This document shows, piece after piece, positions 13,551 through 25,615 of a stretch of 64,000 nt of DNA; within the stretch, counting starts at the first letter, position 1, and every line of letters begins with the position of its first letter. A model generated the notes under the pieces. That model had not been told where the DNA came from. It did not search any database and saw nothing but the letters and a program-made list of their open reading frames with translations. The stretch is from positions 196,354,001 through 196,418,000 of the forward strand of contig OZ024741.1 of NCBI GenBank assembly GCA_964016885.1. The letters are read 5' to 3'. This stretch comes from Eledone cirrhosa. Its lineage: Eukaryota. Position numbers and translations under genes: made by a program.

Positions 13551-13929
13551 TCATAAAAAAAAGACAAAAAAAAAAACTATTTGTAAAATAACAAACGGTT
13601 CTTATCATCATCATCATCACCCTTTAACGTTCATTTTTCCATGCCACGCTGGCATGGCCTAAACGAGTTATCCTGTTGTGAGCAATGCTAGGTCAGGTGA
13701 CCATGTCAATCAAATTATATTCGATGACTTGAATTTAAATAGCTAGTTTTGTTTCACAGAACTGGAGGCAGTTTTGGGTGGGTTAGTATCAAAAGGATTA
13801 CATCATTAAAATTTAACACCATGTCCTTCAAAACAATTTTTTAAATCAACATCTGAATACACTGTATTTGAATTAACTAGTGAAAAATTTGAAGGAATTT
13901 ACTAAAATTATTAATTATTTCATTAAGAC

Positions 13930-14520
13930 AGTATATGACATCAGCTCTCATCTTGAACTGTGTACCAATTACCAAAAGACAAAAGCTTTATACATAGATA
14001 CAAATCAACCCAAACCCATCAATCTTCATGGGCATAATATTGAATTCATCAACTATTTTACATACTTAGTAGAAAAGCAGAAATTGATGTGAAAACTAGA
14101 CCGAATCAGGTGACTAGTCTTTCGACTACTGAAACCAATACAGCCATGCTCTTTCATTCACCATCGGGTTAATTATTTAATCTATTATCATTTCTATGGC
14201 TTTGTATATGAAACTTGAAAGACGAAAAACAGGATTTGCAATATGGTGAATGTTTTTCATTGGTAGTGCCTTAGAAATATTCTAATGATCACATCACAAA
14301 CAATGAAATCATGAGAAGAGCTGCCCTATGTACACTACACGATATCACGGCTAGACAAAAGAAGCTGTTTGGTTGTGTTGAGCCTACCATTGGAGAGATC
14401 AGCAAGGATGGCCAGAGAGTGGATAGTTGAAGAAGAGAGGCAGGCCTATGAAGACATGACAAAGAACTATACAGGAAGACTTAACTGAGATGGGTGTCAC
14501 CTGCGAAAAAAGATGTTCTT
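13930..14520 (+). mobile_element. Highly decayed LINE C-terminal fragment (RTE-like)
   Basis: KTKALYI...INLHGHNIEFINYFTYL motif and RGRP-like remnant. Confidence 0.5.
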
Positions 14521-15199
14521 TGACCAAATGGAGATAACATTAAAATAGTATAACATAAAAGGTTCTCATATCCAATTATATTGAAAAGTCTTCATTTAAA
14601 TAGGAGCTCTTTAAAATGGAAGGTTTTGTTTCATAGAACCAGAGGCAGTTTCGGGTGGGTTGGTATCAAAAGTGTTAAATCATCAAAAGATATCAGCATG
14701 TCCTTCAAAGCTTGAAAATAATTTTTTTTAATCAAGATGCATAGGTGTAGGCAGGGCTTATTTAAGAAGTTAGTTTCTCAATCACATGGTTCCAGGTTGA
14801 ATCTAACAGTGTGGCACTTTGGAAAAGTGTCTAGGTTAAGCAATAGCTTAGGATTTGATTGATAGAAACTATGCAATGGCTCTCATGTGTGTCTGTTTGG
14901 TACAGGATTGCAAGTTAAAACCAATGTTATGTGAAATAAGTACTGGGGTCAATCATCATTTAACATCCATTTTCCATTCTTGCCTGAGTTAGACGGGCTG
15001 TCACATTATGAAACAAGTCAAGTCTTGAGACCTGTATTTTGGCTTGGTTTCTACAGCTGGATACCATTCCTAACACAAGCCACATTACAGTTGTGTTACC
15101 AGCATAACCCCCTTACAGGGTGGACTGTTGTGGCACAGGATCAGTATACAGGGCGGACTTAGTGCTTTTTGTTGTAAGAGCATTGTGGGAGATTAGATG

Positions 15200-17476
15200 T
15201 AAAACATACCCAGCTTTAATGCTGAGCCACACGAAACTGCAACCTCTCTCAAGCTAAACTCGCCACCCTCTGCTTACTCCAAAGTCACGACGACATCATC
15301 ATCAAACCTGCACAAGGGGGATGCCATGGTTGTGTGGTGTGCCGACCTCTACACAATGGAAGTTCTATGACAGCTTCATAACCCTCCCCCTCTTCTGCCA
15401 TCTCCCCTCTAATCTCACACCTCAATACCAGCAACAAATATCCTCCACAGTACAACTTGTCACCTCTTCTCCCCTACCCTCCCAACTGCCACCAACCTCA
15501 TTATACACACACCACCACCATCTATTTCTTCTCTAAAATCCACAAACCCGATACCCCTGACCACCTGCAAATCCCCCACCAAACTCATCTCCACCCTCCC
15601 CTCCCACATATCTGACACCATCCACGCCCTCTGCCTTTTTAATTCCATCTTTCCACCTAGCCCAACCCCTCCTCTTCACCCTCAACATTAAATCCCTCTC
15701 CATGGTCATTCCCTACGCCAAAAAACCTATGTGCCCTCCAACATTTCCTCGACCTTCAACCACCTTGCCAAGCTGATCCTCACCCTCAACTGCTTTTCCT
15801 TCTCAAGTGAGTTCTACCAACAGGTAACTGGGGTGGCCAAGGGCCCCAACTATGCCAACCTAACTGCCGTCTACGTTGAGGCCCAAACCTTTTCCCAATG
15901 CACTGGCTCCATCCCCAAGTTATACAGCCATTATATCGACAACTGTATCAACACCACCTCACTCATCCGAGAACAGGTCGACTCCGTTCTCTCTTCCCTC
16001 TGCTCCTTCCACCCTCTCCATTCACTTCCTGGACATCTGTCTCCATCGACCCCGCCAACTGTTCCCTCATCACCCCCACCTTCTTTAAAACTACTGACTT
16101 CCACTCCCACCTCAATTTCACCTTATCCCACCCCACTCACTCCATCCCCTACTCCCAATTCCTCTACCCCTAAATCCATGACTGAGACTCAGGCCCATAA
16201 CATGGCTGGACACTTCACTCAGCAAGGTTACTCCCACTCCATGATCCACGCCGCTCTTACCCATGCCCGTAAAGTTGACTGCACCACCACCTTCATCCTC
16301 CCATTACCCCTTACCTACCACCCCTCCAACTCTTCTGCCGCCTCCAGTCAGACTCCTCTACTTCCATCTTTCCCCACTTCTTTAAAGCAGGCACACAACC
16401 TCCAAAACCTCCTCGTTTGCAACTCCCTTCCGTTCAACACATGCAATTACATCAACACCATCAATCTCTATGGGTCCAATGGCAACTCCTTCCAGGTCTG
16501 GGACTCCTTCCACTGCACCTCCTCCAGCAATGTCTATGGGCTCCGTTGCACACTATGCAGAGCTGTCTACATTGGACAGACTGGGTGTTGACTGGCAGAC
16601 CAGTTCTCTGAACATTTCTGAGACATCCAGCACAGCAACCGGTCCCCAGTTGTCAGACTTTTCTGCTCCACCCACAACCACACTGTTTGTTGCCTTATCT
16701 CGAGCTCTGGGGGCCCCTGACACATGCCTGAGACATGAGCAGTGTACTTTTTTTTTCCAGACCTGGACTGGAAATGGTTTAAATTCCCCACTCCTCTTCC
16801 TTTAGCCTTGCTCATCCCTCCCCACTACACCATCACATACTGCACCTCTTCTCTAACATATGCATGCACAAAAACCAACAAAACCAATTTATCCCATACA
16901 CTTCTAACCCCACCCTTGGCACTAATTAACTATTGGACTACACCACCCACCACTAATACTAAGTTCCAGCTACCTCTACACCCCTGCCGCTCTACCATAG
17001 ACACATTCAAACCACCTCACCAGTTAATACTAACAATCTATCTTTGCTCCCCACTCAGCACTGATGGACCATACCACCCATCACTACCTTCGGTCTACCT
17101 CCAAACCCGGCCGCTCTACTACTTCACAGCTAATACTGCTAACAATCTACCTTCAGTCACTACTACTCTACCACCAATACACACCTACCTACCCACAATT
17201 AATTACTAACCTCGTCTACTACTATATTCACCCCTGTACCACCAATACACACACACATGCTGCCACCACAGCTTAAAACACTTCTGTTCTGCATGCGCCA
17301 CCACCTAACCACTTTACTAACACTAACTCACTAAACGTATCTCTCTCTCTCTTGGACACCGGAATATACATGAATATTCAGATACACACACACACACAGA
17401 CATACCCATACATAAACACACATGTACACAAAATAATTCAACTACAGACAAAACAGAAAGTCACAAACACAGATAC

Positions 17477-17511
<35 letters not shown>

Positions 17512-17850
17512 CATTCACGTGCACATACATGCACAAAAAACAGAACTCACAGACATATACACATACCAACAACATAAGACTCACACACACAAACTGAAAC
17601 AATAAAGAACACCTAATTTCACCCCATCAGCACACACACAATCACACCTGGACCATCAACTTTGGCCCCCACCCTCTAGACTACTTGCCTACCACCCCTA
17701 GCCTAACCTTTTCCAAACTTTCATGTAGCTACCTGCACTCTCTATTTCCTGATGAAGGATTTCCATCCGAAATGGTGAACCCTCCTCCTAAGCGTGATCC
17801 CAGTGAGACTTTGTATTATTACATCCCTGTGTTTGTTTTGTTTGTTAACC
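15200..17850 (+). mobile_element. Decayed Penelope-like element (RT + GIY-YIG) with C/A-rich 3' region and pLTR remnant
   Basis: IIIKPA(D)KG; LTLNCFSFSSEFYQQVTGVA; GPNYANL; HYIDNC; GIY-YIG FHCTSSSNVYGLRCTLCRAVYIGQTG. Confidence 0.85.
17742..17785 (+). ncRNA. Decayed minimal hammerhead ribozyme of the PLE pLTR
   Basis: CTGATGA-a-GGAT-ttcc-ATCC-GAAA at 17749-17772; stem III and cleavage site not intact. Confidence 0.55.
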
Positions 17851-19199
17851 ACACACACACGTACTACCAAGTCAAACTAACTGAAAAATATACCTACATA
17901 TCGAAATCACATGCACCTGTATTATACATTATATATGTTAGCTGCTGGCCTCTTTTTTACATCTCTAAGCTTTTATAGCAAACATCCGTTGATAGAGTTA
18001 CTGCATTTAGCAGTGTTCAAACACTATAAAAAATTATTGAACTTGATGACAGCAGAGTTAATTCCACTTTGTTTTTCGTGAGCAGGGGGGAACTAACAGT
18101 TACAAAATTGTGAATTACAACATCAAAATACCAGACAATGTAGGAGGTCTTGCGCAAAAGAAAAAGACAAACTGATGAATTAAAGGCGAGGGGATGATAA
18201 ATTATCTGTATGCATAGAGATTTTAAAAAAATTAAGTAGCAACACTTAAGTCCATCATAAGCCCTCCAACACTTATTTAACATCCATTTTCCCCATTAGC
18301 AAGGGTTGGCTATGCCATCACAGACTGGTGAGTACACAAGTGGATCCTCCGACCTCCAAGCAAACCTGACATACAATTCTGCAATTAACCGAGTTCATTT
18401 TATCATGGCACCAACACTAGGAAAGTTGTCATATCATTAACACAGCAGAAAAGTCCTCCCAACCTGGCAGGTCTTCTACAGCTGGGTACCTTTCCTATCA
18501 CCAATAAGCTTACAGAGTGTACTGGGTATGTTTATGATGTAGATCACCAACACTACATGGCACTACAAAGTTGCTATGTCTATGACCTGACCTTGTTTTG
18601 CAAGCTATCAATGGCTGGATGCAGTTCCAACCACCAACTATTTCACAGAATGTGTTTCTATATGGAAAATATGAGAAAAGAAATTTCAGCAAGTTGCAAC
18701 TATGACAAAGAATGAGATTTTGAAAAGTGATTAGTAGTGAGTGGGTAGCAAATGAACCAATAAGTATGACAAGAGGTAAAGAGAAACTTATGCATCAATT
18801 GAGGTAGAGGAGAGATGGAGAAGCTATTATTATAGGTAAATAGATGAAAGAAACTGTATCAGTGAGCCAGGTGAATAACTACTTTTTGATATGGTCTATA
18901 TTTGTATAGCAGCAGTAACCCATGTAAGCAGTATTCCAAGATGAGTCATACTTGAGCTTTGTAGAGGGTCAGCAATTGATCACGAATGATGCCCTTTCAG
19001 TCCCAGAAGACGTCTTTTGAGTTCATTTTGGTAATGCTATATTTATCATGATCATCTAATGCCCATCCTTCCTGCTAGCAAGGGTCAGACAGGTCTTCAC
19101 AAACCAAGTCAGTAATTGGTACGTGGAGCAACAGACCTCTCAGATGAGCCGAGGAGCCTACATCTCACATGTGTTCATGTTCTATTGCAAGCATTTTAA

Positions 19200-20040
19200 T
19201 ATAAGGTTTGTCAGTTCCTGATACTAATGAGGATAGACTGAAGCAGAGAGTATGGAACAATCTGTATTCAAGTAGCACCTTCAACACTCTCTTTGATCAG
19301 TTTTCAAGGTGTCACCTACTTTCTGCAAGCACAAAATTATTTGGGGGATTGGATTGATGCCCTATCTGTATCCAACTTTGGTGGTGGTCTCAGTCTGGAC
19401 GAGCTCCACATTTCCATTATACTCAAAGTGGGAACCAATTTCAGTGGGGGTTTGAGATGTCGCTGTGGTAGGTCCCTCAACTCCACAGGCCTCCATTTGT
19501 CTTGCTGCCTGAATGCTGGTCGCTTTGCCTGCCACACTGAGCTAAACTTGATTATTAAGTGGGCCCTAGCTCAGATAAATATCCCCAGTTCTGGAGCCAG
19601 TTGGACTATCCAGAATTAATGGGAAGAGACCAGATGTCTCATCTGGGATGCCTCAGTCAGTGATTCTTTTACTCCATCCCACATCCTGGAAGCTGCTGTA
19701 AATGCTTCTGTACCCTAAAATTCTAAAATACCGGGAATTATCAAATAAGTATTTTTCCAGTCTGTGGCATTCAAGACGTTTGGTGGAGCTGGGCCACTGA
19801 CAGCAAAGTTCTTATCATTAGCAGCTTGCCATACCAAGGTGTCAGGTGATGTACGAGAGGGTGCTTAGTTGTTTTGGCATCTTAGCCTCGCCATCAACCA
19901 CGGTAATGCTGCAGGCATGTTTACTTGCCTCAAAAATTTCCATTGACCCTTGTGGTGTGTGACCAACTGACACAATGTTGAATTGATGGGTTTTTTCTCT
20001 CGCTTTGATTATATATTTTTGTGCATTATATTTATAAGTG
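19200..20040 (+). mobile_element. Decayed CRE-like non-LTR retrotransposon 3' part (zinc finger + REL endonuclease)
   Basis: GDWIDAL...CRCG...HLSC...GRFACHTELNLIIKWAL...GKRPD; homologous to 55905-56560. Confidence 0.75.
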
Positions 20041-21840
20041 TGTGGGAAACAAAAGAAAGGCTCCAGATCCACAAGAGAGAGCCTGTTGCAATGTTTAATT
20101 CTTAATATCCTGTAATAATTTGGCAGAAAATGTCTAAAAACAGATTTATTAATTAAAATGTTTATAGTAGGCAGATGCTTGTCAAAATTTTTAGTGGATA
20201 GATCATTGATAAAATTCGTAGTAATAGAGACTTTAATTTCTAATGTGATTTACACTTTTCAAGAATGATTTGCTATTGAGGTTTCATGTGGTACAGGGCA
20301 TTAACAGTTAATAGATCTCTCTCTACTAAAGACATACCAGTGATTCTTGAGAAGGAAAGTAACAAAGTCATGAAGGTTTGTGGTTGTTTATGTTTGATAT
20401 TTTGGAAGTGAAAGAAGTTGACAGTGCTAGAGAGGTTACCCAATAGAACATTGCATTACCATAAATTGAGATAGCTCACTGGAGAAAGGTTTAAACCCTT
20501 AGTGGGCATATTTAGTAACACTGGGACACACTGAATCTAATCGAAGAAATATATTCAGGATCAGTTTCCTTGTTGGGTTGGAGAAATGACAGTACATACA
20601 TGGTAGTGAGATGGATGGAGTTCAATTATGTATGTGTATGCGCGCAATTGGAAACAAAACATACGACAAATTCTGTAAATTTATCAACATCTTGCAAAGT
20701 CATCCTGGTTGAGTGGGGTGACTAAGAACGATTCTACTTCTACGCTCTTCACAAGGTCTAGCTGTAATTTGGGGAACGAGAGAGCATACGACCATTATTA
20801 TTATTATTTCATGTCTAAATCGATACTTAACATTATTTCCCAAGACATCCAAAATAATAGAGGTTGTTTGTAAGACTAGAAAATAAAAAAAGAAGCACAA
20901 AGGTATCATTTCCTTCCCGGGTAGTCTTCTCCATGGGTTGTAAATCGGCATTCTTTACCCGCTGTAGTTGCAAATGAACTATTTCATGGTTTGTGGGATG
21001 TACCAAAGGAGAATAGCATTTCTTACCAGCTTATTTATGACTTTTCAAAAGAAAAAAAAATCGAAAGTTTGCAAGCCCATGTTTTAGAATAGATTCTGAA
21101 ATTTTAATTAAAATACAAATAAGAATGTGTAAAGTTTAAAACACCTTTTTTTTTCTTTCTTTTTTTAACTGCTCAAAGAAAAAAAATTCATTAATTGCCA
21201 CACTCACTTTCAATCAAAAATCACACAGCAGACGAGAAAGTAGTCAGTCGAGGCAGACTTTTGTAGTGTTTTGTTGCCTTCATCGTTTCGAAAAAGACCG
21301 AATACTATACAATTGCAAAATTTATTTCGATACAGCAAGGTATCACTTACAGCATGGGCACTATTACATACATTTATTCAACACTGGAATATACTGACAA
21401 ATATCACAGGTTATTCTATAAATGTAATTGCACAACGGTAAAATCCACTTCACGCCAATTCTATTTTAAAGTATTTATAAATATAATTTTTAAAAATAAT
21501 TGTCTTCTTTTCTGTTTGCAATTCCCCCTAAACGCACGCACTTTCTACAATTACAGGAACTAAGTTGGATAAAGAGAATTTTAAAAGTAAACAACTGAAA
21601 TGTTATAAATGAAGATATTATCCGAAATTAACAACTTTAATTTACATTTACTTAGAGTGACAATTTGGATCCACGAATACCACTGTAGTTCTCTTTTTAA
21701 GGCTCCATCGATTACTGAATTCCCAGAAATAGCAATTACGATATTCTAAAATAAAAAGCATTTCAACATACTCAAAAAATTATTAAAATTAAAGAATAAA
21801 TTAAGAAAACTGAAGCAGAGAAAATACATAGGTATGATAC

Positions 21841-21874
21841 CTGGATCGTACTGAAAAGCCGTGTTGTCCGCCAT
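21841..21874 (-). CDS. OTUB1: Otubain (OTUB1-like) coding exon 1
   Basis: ATG GCG GAC AAC ACG GCT TTT CAG TAC GAT CCA G|gtatca = MADNTAFQYDP + phase 1, in frame with exon 7814-7866. Confidence 0.7.
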
Positions 21875-21985
21875 TTCCGGTCGGAGGTTCAGAACAGGAG
21901 GCGCCACTGTAGTAACCCCACTTCCTGAGTATCTATTATAGAAGACTAGCATTTCGTTTCGTCCCATTCCGTTCCGACTGAATTT
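21866..21985 (-). promoter_or_regulatory. CpG-enriched housekeeping-type promoter/5' UTR
   Basis: Local CpG cluster in AT-rich DNA; ETS-like ccggaa and caggaagt motifs; YY1-like AAATGGCGG overlapping the start codon. Confidence 0.5.
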
Positions 21986-23948
21986 TATTTTTTACATGCA
22001 AATTTCCTGTTTTCTATTCCAGAATAGAAATACTACAATGCTTCTTATTTATCTTTTCATTTCAACTTTAACTCTTTTACTCATGAATCATTATGTCCTA
22101 ATCGGTGATGATTTCTCACAAAAGAATATATAAATAAAACTGAATCTTACCGTCTTGATATTTTGTGATTTTGAAAGTATACAAATATTCATTTCTAAAT
22201 TAACGAAATAAAGCAGCATCAATATGATCATAACCTAACAAAATACGTTATAGTGTATATATGTGTGTGTGCGTACGTTTATATACAGGCATGGGAAATA
22301 GCTATTTTTAACACCCCTGAGCACCCCAGCCCCATCCATGCTTACTCCACTATCACTCCATAGTACTTATTCTCACCATCATTACACCCTCCCCCTTTAA
22401 AATACTGACACTCAAATCATAATCCCTTTGTTGCTGTCATTGCAGTACTCCACATACACACTATTGGAAGAAACCCCTCTCTTCAAGTCATTACCCTGTC
22501 AAATCCCACCACACTTGTCATACATACTTGCTTCTCCACCTCCCCCACCATACGATAAAGAAGACTTTTCAGCTGAGTCAAAGACCAACAACCCCTTAAG
22601 TGGTGTTGCTATGAAAAATGAACCCAATACGCCCTGTAAAGTGATTGGTAATAAGGAGGGCATCCTATTCTAGAAACCATGCCATGAGGACTTCATTTGT
22701 GCCATAGTCATGGCAACACTGTAAAGTGGTTGGTGATAGGAAGAGCATCCAGCCATAGAAAGTTTGCCAAACAAAGGTACAGTGGGACTCATTAGTTGTG
22801 TCAAAGGCATGACCTCCCTAATGCTGATACCATAATAAAATGCACTTGGTAGAGTGCAGAAGTGTATGTTAGGGAATCTAGGCACCTAACCCATCTGAGA
22901 CATCAGTAGTCTTGCTTGATTACAGATTTGTTAGCAGGGAAGATGGATGCTAAATGATCATGATGACAACGTTGATAATGAATATACATATATCACATTT
23001 TATATATATGTCATCATCATCATCATCGTTTAACATCCACTTCCCCTGTTAACAAGGGTTTCATGGGTCTACACAGATCAAGTCAGTACTAAAGTGAGGC
23101 TACTGACCTTCCAGACAGCCCGGTAGGGGACCTTCATCTCACTTATGTATGGTCTTATGTTCTATCGAGTACACAGGAGAGGTTGTCATGTCATATATAT
23201 TCATATACTTTTATATATATGAATAAACATTGTTATCTCGGATTGAGATGAAGCGAAATTATATTTGAATTCATAGAAAAATGAGAAAAGTTAACACTAG
23301 AATAACTGTTAAAACAGCTAAATGCTGTCAATGACAACGATGGGCAAAAATGACTCAGAGGACAGAGACCAGTGGCCAGTGGTCGGCAGAGAGACAATCC
23401 ACGAGATGGGTGACAGGCAGATGAAATATAGAAAAGATTGATGCATCTTATATATATACTATAAGCAAACCCACCATTGCTTGGGAAATAAAGCACTCAA
23501 TACCTAATTTTTTTATGAGAATCATAATTATTCTGTATAAATTTATTATTTCAAACATAATATTAATAGTGTTTGTAAAAGACGTATACTGTTCTTTTCT
23601 CCTTAAAAATTTACTTGCATTTCAATGACCCACTAAAAGGGACAGTCTAGCCAATGCATGATATATATCATGTTTATGTCACAAAAAAGCTCCTAGTCCA
23701 TGCTGTGAAGTGGTCATTTTGATGCCACAATAAAAAGGATCTAGTCCACGGTGTAAATGTGGTTGGCATTAGAAATGGCACCCAGCTGTAGAAACCAAAC
23801 CAGAAAAAGTTCTGTATGAGCAAGACAGTCATCTGATCTGACTTGTCTCACAACGAGATAACTCATCTAACCCATGGTAGCATGGAGAATGGACGTTAAA
23901 CAGTGATGATGGTGTTGAGGAGGAGGATGATAAATATGTATATATATA

Positions 23949-24329
23949 TACAATATTAAATAAATGGAAACTATATTTATAAAACCATATTTATTTCATT
24001 ATATATATTTCAGGGATATCATATTAACAATATGCTATGCCTTCCTCAGACAAAATACAATATAAACAGTTTTATAGATAAATAGATTTGACATACCATA
24101 ACAACATCGACATAAAACTGTTTATATTGTATTTTGTCTGAGGAAGGCATAGCATATTGTTAATATGATATCCCTGAAATATATATAATGAAATAAATAT
24201 GGTTTTATAAATATAGTTTCCATTTATTTATTTAATATTGTAAATATACTCCAAATACTTGTCGAGTGCTTTTATATCAGTTATAAATATTTACTAGTTG
24301 TAACCCAACAATTTAAATATAACTTTCCA
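23949..24329 (+). mobile_element. Fold-back insertion in (TA)n (PLE-type inverted pLTR) carrying hammerhead ribozymes
   Basis: Arms 23949-24075 and 24112-24242 (one 4-nt indel), 36-nt spacer, unique extension to 24329. Confidence 0.75.
24130..24195 (+). ncRNA. Minimal type I hammerhead ribozyme (mirror copy on minus strand ~23992-24057)
   Basis: Stem I tattttgt/atgaaata; CTGAGGA 24138-24144; stem II agg..catatt-gtt-aatatg..cct; GAAA 24176-24179; palindromic stem III; AUA cleavage after 24187. Confidence 0.7.
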
Positions 24330-24344
24330 TATATATATATATAT

Positions 24345-24741
24345 ATATATTGGTAAAAGGAAAAGAAAATGCTGACAAATTGTTCCCAGTGAAAAATAGT
24401 TTAATTAGGAATAAGTAAAAATTAGTAATAGTATTGGTTAGTATTCAGTTTTGTTTTAAGTTTTACCGGTTGCGCATTTCTAATGCTTTTCAAAAATAAT
24501 TTTGAGATAGAGCGCAGATTAGAGCAAACATCACGGGCGCTCTATCTCAAAATTATTTTTGAAAAGCATTAGAAATGCGCAACCGGTAAAACTTAAAACA
24601 AAACTGAATACTAACCAATACTATTACTAATTTTTACTTATTCCTAATTAAACTATTTTTCACTGGGAACAATTTGTCAGCATTTTCTTTTCCTTTTACC
24701 AATATATCATAACTCGTGTGTTACACCTCTATTCTTTTAAA
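24345..24741 (+). repeat. Second fold-back insertion in (TA)n
   Basis: ~171-bp arms 24345-24515 and 24537-24707, 21-nt spacer, unique extension 24708-24741. Confidence 0.85.
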
Positions 24742-25393
24742 TATATATATATATATATCCTAAATAAATTTAATTAAATTAAATTAAGGGAGTCATGTCC
24801 GAGACATGCGCCATATCCACCGTAGAATAAGCTCAAAGATTCCAATGAATAGATCCGAGCATTTTTATATCAACTAAAAATTGATTGACATATATATATT
24901 TTTTTTAAATAAACACATGAAACAATCACAGGTGATAATTTGTAAAGTGTGTAATCACACATAGCTAGGTAGGTAACTAATTAAAGTTTAACTAGAGCTT
25001 CAAATATTACCTTTTAAAAAATGATTAATCCTCCTTGTATATATTTCATTAAAGAAATATATTTCACCAATAATCCGTAAAGTCAATCAATATAAGATGG
25101 GTGTATTATTTCCTTTTTAGTGGGTCATTGAAATGCAACATCTACATTCCTTTAAGAATGAAAAATGAAAAAATTCTACTCGTTAGCTAAATTAATCTGA
25201 TGTTTAAAAAGTGATAATATATGATAATCTGTTAAGTAGGATATTGTTAATTCTGCAAAACCTTATGGAGACAATAGAACTAAATGTAATTTTTGTAACA
25301 TTTTCCTTGTTTATTGAATACTAGAGTAACTGAATCCTCAACAAATAAGACATTATTGTATGGAATATTTATTTGCAGATTATTATTATTATT

Positions 25394-25612
25394 TAGGGTG
25401 GTAGATTGACAGTATCGGTAGAGGGTCAGACGCCATGCTTTGACGCATAGAGTTACGGCCCTTGCCATTCAGAGTTCAAATCCCGCTGAGGTCAACTTTG
25501 CCTTTCACCCTTACGGGGTCGATAAAATAAACTACCAGTAATGCACTGGGTAATTACTGGCCTTGTGCCAAAAGTAGAAACAATTATTATTATTATTATT
25601 ATTATTATTATT
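25394..25612 (+). mobile_element. Meta-domain tRNA-derived SINE with (ATT)n tail
   Basis: gagttcaaatcc B box; caactttgcctttcacccttacggggtcgataaaat Meta-like core; ggccttgtgcc hairpin; (att)n tail. Confidence 0.8.
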
Positions 25613-25615
25613 GTT

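Noticed and set aside
20692-20975. Possible small insertion with ttgcaaa duplication and an internal (TAA)n-tailed fragment
   Set aside because: Single copy in the window and too short to assign
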